The notes under the pieces were generated by a model, which was not told where the DNA came from, did no database searches, and saw nothing but the letters and a program-made list of their open reading frames with translations. A program made the translations under genes and the position numbers. From Antedon mediterranea (Eukaryota > Animalia > Echinodermata): a DNA stretch of 64,000 nt. This document shows, one piece after another, positions 1 to 12,411 of this stretch (its first letter is position 1; each line of letters opens with the position of its first letter). The DNA lies in the NCBI RefSeq assembly GCF_964355755.1, contig NC_092674.1, positions 20,088,001 through 20,152,000 on the forward strand, written 5' to 3'.

Positions 1-588
1 TTTAAGTTTAATGACGTACACACAAATTTGATATACTTGTTTGAAAAATAATTTAATTATGATGTTAACTTTTTCATTTAGTTTCAATCTACATATTGGT
101 AAAATCATTTTTAATTTCTGGTTTTACACTAGTTTTATCTGAATCAGATTTACAGCAGAATCAATGCCATCAAAGCAAATGTACGTGCATTATTTTATTT
201 GTTAAAATAGTGTACCTGCATATTCCATTGGTTGGTATTTTGCCAAGTTGATGGATTATATTTGTTTCATGGATATATATTAACACATAACTTTTAAATT
301 ATTTAGCCTTATTAAATGTTTGTACGGAAAAACTCCAAAGACATTTGTAGTAGTTTATTTATAGGTAAAGAAAGATGTTGTTACAAGCTGGTTTCTCATT
401 TGTGATCATTTAATGACATCTTTTATCTACAGAGCGAGATGTCTGCATGGTTTATTTGAAGCAAGGTCAAATTAAGACCATTATTCAGTGGCAAACAATT
501 TTTCGGTCACAACCAGATTCAAGTGGGGGTTTTTGGATAGGTTTTTTTTGGGGGAAGGGGGGCAGGGTGACGGACTGGAAAAGCTTAC

Positions 589-3500
589 TTAATGCACTTG
601 AGTAAGCGGCTATGTTTATCTTCAACCCAATACAAACAAACACCAAGTCTGCTTCGACCTCTGACCCTTTGTCTGTTTTCACTATGCACTTTTCAGATCC
701 ATCAAGAGGCAGTTCATCAAGATTTGTAACCTTTTCACCTAGATTTAAAATAAATCTATATTTGAGTAATATTATAAATAATTTTTGTGGGTAGATTTTT
801 AAGATATTAGGAAAGGGTCTTGGGGTTCCGAAAATATTCTTGGAAGCCCTTTATTCCAGGTATCAAAAACACTACCTTTGGCCTCTTCTACTGTAGCATC
901 AATAATATGGTCATCAGTGGGGTTTTTTTACAACAAAACATGAAGTATTGAAAAATTAAATAAACAAATACAAGTACTGCTTATTAAGAAATTTACTTGT
1001 AGATCCAACTGCTGACGTGTAACTAGGAAGAGAATACCATTTATTATAAAATGTTTTATAGAAAAATTATGGGATAGTGTGTTTACCCAAAATCAACTTT
1101 ACTCCTAGAGCTTCCAACTGTTTACGTAAGCTATTTCTGAATTTTTCTTTCATCATTGGTCCAATGAGCACATCGCTAGAATGAATCAATGTAACCTCTT
1201 TCTCTGGGTAATCCACTTTAATTTCCCCAACGATCTCTGTCCCTGCTGCACCTCCTCCGATCACGGTAATTTTGTTAACATGTTTGATCTGAAAGAATGA
1301 AAACAACATATACCACTGACTCAAAGTCGACTATAGGTATACTGTAAATTGAAAACTAATGATTAAAAATTACCGAATCACTGGCTAAATTGACTAACAA
1401 AAGTGCAATCTGAACAACACTGGTTAAATTATCCAAGGCCAACAGTTAAATTAACCGATCTTTCTATGGCCTCAGTAAAACAAACCATTGTGGCTAAAAA
1501 GTCCAAATCAAAATGTGGAAATAAGATAAGCTCCAGTTAATGGCCTTCACAATGCACTTTAATCACAGTTACATTTTGGTAATATCATGGTAAAACTAAC
1601 CAAGTGAAATTATCCGAGTGTGAAAACGGTCAAATTTACTGATGACCTTTGGGAGGTTACGTCAACTTTTAGTAAACCAGTAACCAACTTCAGGAGCCAG
1701 TATGTGCGAGCGCTAAATATCAAACTGATTGCTACTGGTCGTGGTTACCCATACCACACACATGATATAATTCCAAATTTTCAGTTCCGGAGAAACTTAA
1801 TGCAACTACAGTACGTGTACATTAACATATTTTGCGCTACTTTGAGTTGAAGTTTGCGCAGTTGCTCGGACCGCTTATGGCGACACAAATGAGTTGAGTT
1901 CGTATCAGCCCACCTTAAGCAATAATTAATAAAGATGAACAGGAAATAGCTCTAATATTCAGTTCAATTTTTTTTTTTAAATAATACCTACCTGCTCAAT
2001 GAGCTTCTCGTATTCTTTAATGGCATCTGGTATGTTGGTATCTCGTTTAATTTTTGTCGGAAACTGTCCAGTTGTTCCTGTTGCAATTACTAGGTAATCA
2101 TAAGGAATTTCCTCAAGCGTTTCTTCCAGAATTACAATTTTCTTGTCTGGTTTAATATCCTTCACCCATCCCTTCTTAAAGCTGTCGCCTAGTACAGGGG
2201 CATATGGAATGAATGTTTTTCGGGCAAAACCTGATAAAATTAACAATAAAGAAATCATTAATATTCAATAATTTAATGAGAAAGTCCACTCCTAAAAAAA
2301 TATACAATACAATTTATTACAATTAGAATGGAACAGTAAAACCCACCAGCAATTTTACACAATATTCTGGGTAATTTTGAAATCGAAGAGAAAATTTAAA
2401 AGAAACTGAAAGTATACATTTAAATCGTGTACGCCTATATTTCACATCTCATTTGACAAGTTTTTTGGTTGATATTTTATTCCAGTATGGTACTGTTCCG
2501 ACTATTGTGGTATGCCTTTTGTATAAAATAGGGTGTGAGAATGGCTATCTGCATGAACTCAATTCAACTAAAAGTACTGTAACTACAGTAAGTATTGTCC
2601 TAGAGCTGTCCACTTTTGAGAAACTTAACTTAAACAGAAATATAGTGTGCAAACTATGCTGATATCAACACCAAACTGATTGTCGCAACTGGTTCTGGTT
2701 ATACCAATACAGTATTTAATTGTGATATGATTCAGAAATGTTTAGTTTATAGATTGTCACGTGAAAAAAAAAAAAATTATTTCATAAGTATTTTTTATGA
2801 TTAGAGAATCTATATTATGAATAATAGTAGAGCAGTTAATGACATGAGCTGTGCATTTTATTACCAAAGCATGAAACTTGGCACAAAGTTTCTTTAATGA
2901 ATATAGATTCAAAATATCGGGGGGTGCCAAGTGTCCAACGTCCGGTATGGCGGCCATCTTGATTTCAAAATGGCCACCATAAAAACAAAAAATGTTCATA
3001 TCTTGGCAACTATACACATTAGAGACTTAATTATGGTCTCAAATTGTTCACAAACTATATATTTCTATTTGCTCTAATGAAAATTTTCGTCCAAAAATGA
3101 CCGGAAATGACGCTTCTTTCAGTTTGACCTTTGACCTTGTATTTGTATATCTCTGTAACTACTGGTCATTTTCAATCGATTTTGGTGTCATTTTGTTCAG
3201 AATAAATACATTTATATTTGTAGTAATGAAACATTTTCACATAAAATGACCGGAAATACAATTTATGACCTTTGACATTTATTTATTGATTTTTAATTAG
3301 GTGAATATACTGTATGTGGTTTTTGTTGGTCTTTGAACTTTGACCTGATAGGCGTAATTATATTAAATGATTAATGGACTTAAATTGTATATAGTACATA
3401 AAATTGGTAAACATTGTGCTTGGTGGTACCATTAGTTCAATGATGTTGGCACCTTCTGATTCACTAAAAGTTTTAATAGTTTGACAGAGGAAATAACATA

Positions 3501-6500
3501 CATGTTATGGAATACCGTAAAACCTCGAAAAGGTGATAGTATGAGCTTCTTTTCGAGATAGACTGTATTTGAATGTCAAATGAAAAGTATGATGATCGTG
3601 TTTATATCAATATATTATTAATGACCTTACAAAGAACCCTTTATATTTCAACAATCAAGCCTCAGTTATTCTACAATTTATTGTTTTCCAAGTGGTATTT
3701 TGATTGTATCTTCTTTTTGTATGCTTCCTCGGTTAATGTGGTCCCAGCCCTCCTTCTTTGTCTGTAGATGGTCTTATACCCCATTATTTGTCTGTGGATG
3801 GTCTTATACCCCATTCTTTGTCTGTGGATGGTCTTATATCCCCTTCTTTGTCTGTGGATGGTCTTACACCCCCTTCTGTGCGCGTTTATGGTATTACACC
3901 CCTTTCTTTGTATGTGGATGGTCTTACACCCCTTTCTTTGTATGTAGATGGTCTTCCACCCCTTCTTTGTCTGTGGATGGTCCTACACTTCCTTCTTTGT
4001 CTGTGGATGGTCCTACACCTCTTTCTCTTTTTGTGGATGGTCTTATACCCCCTTCTTTGTCTGTAAGTGGTCCTATACCCTTTCTTTGTCATTGGATGGT
4101 CTTACACCCCCTTCTTTGTCTGTGGACGGTCCTACACCCCCTTCTTTGTCTGTGGATGGTCTTACACCCCTTTATTTGTCTGTGGACGGTATTATACCCC
4201 CTTCTGTGCCTGTTGATGGTATTACACCCTTTGCTTTGTCTGTTGATGGTATTACACCCTTTGCTTTGTCTGTTGATGGTATTGCACCCTTTTCTTTGTC
4301 TGTGGATGGTATTACACCCCTTTTTTTGTGTGTGGATGGTATTACACCCCTTTTTTTGTGTGTGGATGGTATTACACCCCTTTTTTGTGTGTGGATGGTC
4401 TTACACCTTTTTCTTTTTGTGTGAATGGTCTTACACCCCTTCTTTGTCTGTGGATGGTCTTACACCCACTTCTTTCTCTGTCGATGGTCTTATACCCCTT
4501 CTTTGTCTGTGGATGGTCTTATACCCCCTTCTTTGTCTTTGGATGGTCCTACATCCCCTTTTTTGTCTGTGGATGGTCCTACACCCTCTTCTTTGTCTGT
4601 GGATGGTCCTACACCCCCTTCTTTGTCTGTGGATGGTCTTATACCCCTTCTTTGTCTGTAAGGGGTCCTATACCCCCTTCTTTGTCAGTGGATGGTCTTA
4701 CACCCCCTTCTTTGTCTGTGGAGGGTCCTATGCCCCCTTCTTTGTCTGTGGATGGTCTTACACCCCCTTCTTTGTCTGTGGATGGTCTTACACCCCCTTC
4801 TTTGTCTGTGGATGGTCCTACACCCCATTCTTTGTCTGTAGATGGCCTTACACCCCTTTCTTTGTCTGTGGATGGTCTTATACCCCTTCTTTGTCTGTTG
4901 ATGGTCTTATACCCCCTTCTTTGTCTGTGGATGGTCTTATACCCCCTTCTTTGCCTGTGGATGGTCTTATACCCCTTCTTTGTCTGTGGACGGTCCTACA
5001 CCCCCTTCTTTGTCTGTGGATGGTCTTACACCCCTTTATTTGTCTGTGGACGGTATTATACCCCCTTCTGTGCCTGTTGATGGTATTACACCCTTTGCTT
5101 TGTCTGTTGATGGTATTACACCCTTTTCTTTGTCTGTTGATGGTATTGCACCCTTTTCTTTGTCTGTGGATGGTATTACACCCCTTTTTTTGTGTGTGGA
5201 TGGTATTACACCCCTTTTTTTGTGTGTGGATGGTATTACACCCCTTTTTTGTGTGTGGATGGTCTTACACCTTTTTCTTTTTGTGTGAATGGTCTTACAC
5301 CCCTTCTTTGTCTGTGGATGGTCTTACACCCACTTCTTTCTCTGTCGATGGTCTTATACCCCTTCTTTGTCTGTGGATGGTCTTATACCCCCTTCTTTGT
5401 CTTTGGATGGTCCTACATCCCCTTTTTTGTCTGTGGATGGTCCTACACCCTCTTCTTTGTCTGTGGATGGTCCTACACCCCCTTCTTTGTCTGTGGATGG
5501 TCTTATACCCCTTCTTTGTCTGTAAGGGGTCCTATACCCCCTTCTTTGTCAGTGGATGGTCTTACACCCCCTTCTTTGTCTGTGGAGGGTCCTATGCCCC
5601 CTTCTTTGTCTGTGGATGGTCTTACACCCCCTTCTTTGTCTGTGGATGGTCTTACACCCCCTTCTTTGTCTGTGGATGGTCCTACACCCCATTCTTTGTC
5701 TGTAGATGGCCTTACACCCCTTTCTTTGTCTGTGGATGGTCTTATACCCCTTCTTTGTCTGTTGATGGTCTTATACCCCCTTCTTTGTCTGTGGATGGTC
5801 TTATACCCCCTTCTTTGCCTGTGGATGGTCTTATACCCCTTCTTTGTCTGTGGATGGTCTTATACCCCCTTCTTTGTCTGTGGATGGTCTGGACCCACTA
5901 CTTTGATTGATTAAATCAGACATTGTTTCTTGTATGATTAGGAGACCTTCAAAGTGAAAGTCCACAGGTGGATGCCTAAAAAGGTCTTGTACAGAACAGT
6001 ATATTGTAGGTCCAAATGTCACTAATTTGAGGATTACTTGAATAATTATATTGAGATGTCTTTTACGAATTTATTTGGTTCGGATTTTGCTAAAAAATCA
6101 ATGACTAGAGAAAATCGAGGAAAAGGATTCAGATGGTTTACAGCAAAGGCTCATTACCATACAAATTGAGTACATTTGTTTAGATGCAACGAAAATGACC
6201 AAGAATTATCTGAGTTTCTGACTAATGAAAGTAGGTCTACTGTAGTAAGTACTTTGAAAGACGATGTTCTCTTAACTCATGAAAATGAGAACTTTCCGAA
6301 CTTGTCTCATATGCAACATCAAAGAGGCCAACGAAAGAATGCTACTTTACATCAAAAATATTTCCAAATGGCATCTAACAATTCAATTCAACTTTTATTT
6401 CAGACAATTTTCCATATGGTATAATACATCAAAAAAAAAAAAGAAAAGATGAAGGAGAGAGGACCAACCAACTTTTATATAACGATTGACACTTCACAGT

Positions 6501-7349
6501 TTAGCAAACAAGTCGGCATAGATGAGCTCAGTGATTGCTGTTTCTCAGTGATCTGTCATACTTTACGCCTATCCTATCACATCAAAAGTCAAAAATTCAT
6601 AATAATAAATTCCTGGTCATTTTTGCATTAAGTGTCATTTATTTCGGTAAAACAAATTAGGTGCATTTATACCAATGTAAACCACATACAGTATGTTCAC
6701 ATAATTATATATGTCAAAGGTTATAAATTGTATTTCCAGTCATTTTATGTGAAAATGTTTCATTACTACAAATATAAATGTCTCTATTCTGAACAAAATG
6801 ACACCAAAATCGATTGAAAATGATCAGTAGTTACTGAGATATACAGATAAGAGGTCAAAGGTCAAACTCGAAGAAACGTCATTTCCGGTCATTTTTTGAC
6901 GAAACTTTTCATTAGAGCAAATAGAAATATGTGGTTTGTGAACAATTTAACACCAGAATCAAGTCTCTACTGTTTATAGTTGCCAAGATATGAACACTTT
7001 TTGTTTTTATGGTGGCCATTTTGAAATCAAGATGGCCGCCATACCGGACGTTGGACACTTGGCACCCCCCGATATTTTGAATCTATATACATCAAAGAAA
7101 CTTTGTGGCAAGTTTCATGCTTTGGTAATAAAGTGCACAACTTGGTTATTTTTATGGCCTTAACTGCTCTACTATAATACCTGTTTCTACACACGCTCTA
7201 GGTGATGCTGTATTTGCATGCATGCCATCTTTCGGATCAATTAAAGTAACTTGGCATTTCCCTTTCAAACTGCTTGCTGTCTGCAACCCACCATATCCTC
7301 CTCCAATAATTACCACTCGCTTTTCAGACATTGAATTTGATGCACCCAT
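589..7349 (-). CDS. AIFM2: Ferroptosis suppressor protein 1 / apoptosis-inducing factor 2 (FAD/NAD(P)H oxidoreductase); spliced, 3' part outside the window
   Basis: Coding exons 7349-7181, 2230-1992, 1288-1087 and 738-589 join in frame through GT-AG sites. The protein starts MGASNS (myristoylation-type) and has VVIIGGGYGG, YDYLVIATG, ITVIGGGAAGTEIVGEIKVDYPEKEVTLIHS and ADLVFVCIG motifs typical of AIFM2. Confidence 0.92.
2824..7175. mobile_element. Long-TIR (foldback-like) non-autonomous element, or an inverted pair of one repeat family, in an AIFM2 intron
   Basis: About 500-bp inverted arms at 2824-~3325 and ~6678-7175, with termini ATAGTAGAGCAGTTAA...TTAACTGCTCTACTAT. No transposase inside. 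Confidence 0.7.
3745..5890. repeat. ~30-bp minisatellite (CCCCTTCTTTGTCTGTGGATGGTCTTACAC) with an 864-bp higher-order duplication
   Basis: About 70 degenerate units. The same series of variants recurs at +864 (4121 vs 4985; ORFs 4328/5192 and 4425/5289 match). Confidence 0.97.
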
Positions 7350-7967
7350 GATTCTATATTCATAAATCTGCTTAGACAATAACATTTGAAAATTAACACC
7401 TTGTAGGCTATTATTATGATTGTGTTTGATGGTAAACAATTATTTATATTTACAAAAACTTTTGACATTGATATTGAATGAATATCATGTACCGTAAATT
7501 GTTAGGATTGGTAAGCAAATTTATGATTCTAGTAAGTAGACCTACACATACAATGCTCCAACATCATCTTTTTTGTTGTTATTTGTATTTAAATAAAAAA
7601 CATGAATGTTCAAATAGACTTTGTTTTCAATTACTAAATCATAGGCTCTATACTCTGATTACTGTCCAGTCAAATGATTTCAAGTCATTGCAAAATGTTA
7701 GTATGGACAACACACTAATCTGTTATTTAGTTCTTCAACAATTGCATAAAGAATTTTTAAATACTGAAGCAGGATATTGACATCAACTGTTCTTTATTTT
7801 AGTGGATTATTATTCTCTGAGATCATAATCCCCACAGGTCAAGAAGAATTTACTTTAATTTAATAGCAAGATGGTTTCAACAATCTTCATCAACAATGCA
7901 AATTCAGGAGTGCCCTTTTAATAGGTGATAAAATGGCTTATTGTTTTTCGTGGTTGAATAAACATCC

Positions 7968-8162
7968 ACACCCCAACCAACCAACCACTTCCTACACCCC
8001 AACCAACCACTCCCTACACCCCAACCAACCACTCCCTACACCCCCACCAACCACTCCCTACACACCCACCAACCACTCCCTACACCCCAACCAACCAACC
8101 AACCACTCCCTACACCCCCACAAACCACTCCCTACACCCCCACAAACCACTTCCCCACCCCA
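7968..8162. repeat. C/A-rich minisatellite (CCAACCACTCCCTACACC-like, ~23-27 bp)
   Basis: Directly visible tandem units. Confidence 0.9.
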
Positions 8163-9191
8163 CACATCTCAAATAAATGCTCCCCATGGAACATTGTTTG
8201 GAATAAACAAAACACATTGACACTACAGTAATGATTTTTTTCATTTAGATTATTTTACTATTTATATACCAAAAAAAAAAATAATATATAGGTTTCCTGC
8301 CTCAATTTGACATATGGTTTTAAAGACATTATATTTGAGCATATAGCAAGAAGGCTGCGAAAAAAATAGATCATTGCTCCTTATCTCACACAAATTGATG
8401 TAATTTCACTTAATTGATGTCTTCCCTACGTTTTTGAGATCTAATTTAAGATCACAAACTATATTTAATGTAAAAATAATACTAGCCTACATGGTCCTAT
8501 TGCGATAACTTTTTTCGTCTTTAAACGGTTAAAAATGTGAAAAATAAATCGATTCTAATAATTATAGCGGCCCGCTATAAATCCCAAAATGCATTGCGCG
8601 CGGATTGATATTTTTGTTTTTCACCTGTAATTCGGCCACTTTTCGATCGATCGTGAAGCCAAAACAAATGGAAGACTCCTAACTTTTCAGCGAAAATACC
8701 GGGTTTTCCCCAATTTGTATCAACGGAGTCTGGCAAAAATAGAAAGACAATTAATGCAGCAACTATACAACGTCAGGCTAGGTATATAGCTAGCGTACGA
8801 TGTTCGTACGTTATCGATGTTTACCAGCTAGGCCTACAAAACTAAGCCTAGCTAGGCTAGGCCTAAGACCGTCCACGAGAGGTCGATCGCCGCGAGCTAC
8901 TTAGGTAGTGCATTGTTTCTCACTTTTTATCATAATTTACCATAAAACGTACATTTAAGACAAGGAATGACATGGTTTAATGTTTTTAAAGTGATATATA
9001 TGTATTATTTTCCAAAAAACGTCCAAAATTGCAGGGAAGGGGTCTTTAAACCTTGGTAGCAGAGGTGATAAATAATTATATGCGTTTCCCAGAGTTATAG
9101 CTTTAGATGCAATGCACAGTAACACATTACTAGCCTAACTGTGTTTCTGTGTCACAGAATAACAAAAATGCACATACTGTACAGTACTTAC

Positions 9192-9350
9192 CTCTGCTAT
9201 GGAGTAAATAAATTGTACTGTACAAATAAAATAGATAAGAGACCTGAGGATTTGTACACTTCACATGTGATTACTGTGTAGCTATCTAAAAATAAACAGT
9301 GATGCAATAATATGCTGACTCACTGTCAATTCACACTAGCCAATCAAAAT
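9192..9350 (-). promoter_or_regulatory. Probable non-coding first exon/promoter of AIFM2
   Basis: Strong minus-strand donor GAG|GTAAGT at 9192/9191 and a CCAAT box near 9340. No transcript evidence. Confidence 0.35.
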
Positions 9351-9602
9351 TAATCTTTTTGAAGCTTAACATAATATTATAGGTAAAAGTTTGTTTACCT
9401 TTTACAGTTGAGCAGAAACTGTCAATGGAATATAGATTATATCTCGAATGGATAGGTGTTTAGCACCTGTTTGGTCTTTCCTTGCCCCCTTTTATAATTG
9501 TTTTGTCTTCTTTGTAATGTATATGGCAGAAATTGAATAAATAAAAAAATAAAATTTTGAAACGATAAAGATGAGGAAATCTGTGAGAATGAGGAAAAAG
9601 TT

Positions 9603-9665
9603 TAAATTCGAACCCGGAAACTTCTGCTTGATATGCAGATGTCCTAACCATTGGACCAATGGGGC
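9603..9665 (-). pseudogene. tRNA-like segment (degenerate tRNA or SINE head)
   Basis: Minus strand reads GCCCCATTGGTCCAATGGTTAGGACATCTGC-ATATCAA-GCAGAAGTTTCCGGGTTCGAAT, giving an A box, an anticodon stem TCTGC/GCAGA and a B box. The 3' acceptor stem is missing. Confidence 0.5.
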
Positions 9666-9679
9666 TTTGATGACTGGAA

Positions 9680-9828
9680 CTGCATGAACTCAATTCAACT
9701 GAAAGTATAACTACAGTCGTTGTTCTAGAGCTGTCCACTTTCGAGCAACTTAACTTAACAGAAATATAGTGTGCAAACTGTGCTGATATCAACACCAAAC
9801 TGATTGTCGCAACTGGTTCTGGTTATTG
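9680..9828 (+). repeat. Dispersed repeat; copy at 2550-2705, related segments at ~1710-1900 and ~11900-12075
   Basis: Shared TGCATGAACTCAATTCAACT...CTAGAGCTGTCCACTTT...CAAACTGATTGTCGCAACTGGTTCTGGTTAT. Confidence 0.8.
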
Positions 9829-10852
9829 ATGGTATTGTTCAAACTCGGATTGGATAGCAACTCTTTAACATTCTCGGCGTGGTATGATGAAACAGCACTA
9901 GTCCTTCAAATGTAGGCACGCGCACCAGAGATCAAATTAATACGTCGTCTTTCAGTATTTATTCACGAAGCAGAATCTCCGAAGAGATCCTTTGTTTATA
10001 TATAAACATCACCGGCACAGATGTTTATTTATAAAAAAAAATGTGATGTTTAATTGCATTGACTATAAGATGAGATAAATAGATATAAAATAATGCAATA
10101 TAAATGGAGGGATAAAACCAAAAGAGCAATACTCGTTTTTATGGCTACCCTTATACATATAAAACGAACAATGGCAATAAAAACATGAAAATTGTAGAGC
10201 ATGTCAATCAATGAATACTACTACAGAACAGAAATTTGTTGTAATACAATATTGTGTACAGTATATAATGTAAGCATGTGAAGGGCATTTTTCATGGAAT
10301 ATTTGTACCATTCCACTCATAAACATTCATTATTTGTATGATATTTAGTCAAGTCAAAGACAAAACATAATTTCAATGTTTTAATGTTTATTATAGATTC
10401 ACTTTTTGTCGTATTTTCATTGCTAGCACCTAATTCAGAAATATACAATACTTTGTACAACAGCTAAAAAACATTTCACTTATTTAGTCAAAATAATAAT
10501 CAAATGTTTCACAAATCATTGAAAACATTAAAAATGTGCTTTCCCACCCTAAACATGAATAAGTTAAGTAATATTAAACTTTGAATACGCCATTTTGTAA
10601 TTTTAATAGTCATTTACTTTTGGCCAAAAAAAATGATTTTGCTTAAAAGATAAAATAAGCATATTTCACCAAATACTGATCCGCTTATGTTTGACAATTT
10701 CATTTTCCTTTAAATTATGGTAAACAATTTTTTAAGGTCCAATTTTTGGTTGGAGTGAATAACATCAAAATCAAAATGACCTATTCAAAAAAGGGTTTTG
10801 TAAAATTACTTTTTGTGGTAGATTATACAGAAATAAGGTCATGTCTATTGGG

Positions 10853-11800
10853 AAGCTTATGTTGACACAGAACTGAACGCAATTCAACTGCATAAAAGCT
10901 TATGTTGACACAGAACTGAACGCAATTCAACTGCATAAGAGCTTATGTATGTTGACACAGAACTGAACGCAATTCAACTGCAAGAGAGCTTATGTCGACA
11001 CAGAGCTGAACGCAATTCAACTGCATAAGAGCTTATGTTGACACAGAACTGAAAGCAATTCAACTGCATAAGAGCTTATGTCAACACACAACTGAACGCA
11101 ATTCAACTGCAAGAGAGCTTATGTTGACACAGAACTGAACGCAATTCAACTGCAAGAGAGCTTATGGCGACACACAACTGAACGCAATTCAACTGCATGA
11201 GAGCTTATGTTGACACAGAACTGAACGCAATTCAACTGCAAGAGAGCTTATGTTGACACAGAACTGAACGCAATTCAACTGCAAGAGAGCTTATGCCGAC
11301 ACAGAACTGAACGCAATTCAACTGCAAGAGAGCTTATGTCGACACAGAACTGAATGCAATTCAACTGCATGAGAGCTTATGTCGACACAGAACTGAACGC
11401 AATTCAACTGCAAGAGAGCTTATGCTGACACAGAACTGAACGCAATTCAACTGCAAGGGAGCTTATGTTGACACAGAACTGAACGCAATTCAACTGCAAG
11501 AGAGCTTATGTTGACACAGAACTGAACGCAATTCAACTACAAGAGAGCTTATGTTGACACAGAACTGAACGCAATTCAACTGAAAGAGAGCTTATGTTGA
11601 CACAGAACTGAACGCAATTCAACTGAAAGAGAGCTTATGTTGACACAGAACTGAACGCAATTCAACTGCAAGAGAGCTTATGTCGACACAGAACTGAATG
11701 CAATTCAACTGCAAGAGAGCTTACTGTATGTTGACACAGTACTGAACCCAATTCAACTGCAAGAGAGCTTATGTCGACACAGAACTGAATGGCACTGAAC
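10853..11800. repeat. 43-bp tandem satellite (GAGCTTATGTTGACACAGAACTGAACGCAATTCAACTGCAAGA), ~22 copies
   Basis: Period 43 (ATTCAACTGC at 11101 and 11144). No spacers. Confidence 0.96.
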
Positions 11801-12411
11801 GCAACCAGTGTGCGAGTGCTTATGTAGAAACCGGTTTTTAATTGTTGTTACCTTACTGTGCAGATCGTGATTTATGGTTAGATAGGAACCAGTAAGATTA
11901 TATGGTAATGTTGAACCAGTTGGTACTGGTCGCGATTACTTATACTGGACACGTGATGAAATGTAACGTATTCAGTTGTTTCAGTTTGCATTAATTTTGG
12001 TCAAGGTAAGTCAGTTGATTTGAGTCCAGTTGCTCAAAGCGTGTATGTCACCACAGTTCTTTGTCGACATAAGCTAATAAGGTATAGGATTGTGCAAACA
12101 TGATTAAAATATGATTTTTGCTATCGGAAACTTTTACATTTCAGAGGCTGGTGGTGAAATCATTGGCTAAAAGATGTATATAAATCACTTATTTAAATAA
12201 AATTTACTATAGTATCATTAACTATTGCATGCACAGTCACTGGGTTAAATAATTTATATATAGAAGTTAATTTTGAATACAAAATATGCACATTGTTCAA
12301 AACAGTCTCTAATATGACAATAACAAAATTCCTATTGGTTAAAATTCCACTTTTTTAATAAACAATAAAAACAAATAAAAAAACTTAAATATTGTTAAAT
12401 TAAAAAAAACA

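Noticed and set aside
3700-5914. 736-aa ORF and overlapping ORFs
   Set aside because: They are translations of a stop-poor 30-bp minisatellite inside an AIFM2 intron. The repeat peptide drifts between frames and the start is non-ATG.
7933-8220. Pro/Thr/His-rich ORF
   Set aside because: It is a translation of the C/A-rich minisatellite.
9603-9665. Functional tRNA gene
   Set aside because: There is no complementary 3' acceptor strand and the anticodon loop is atypical, so it is treated as a SINE head or pseudogene.
10853-11800. CRISPR-like array
   Set aside because: Head-to-tail 43-bp units with no unique spacers, no cas genes, and a eukaryotic context.
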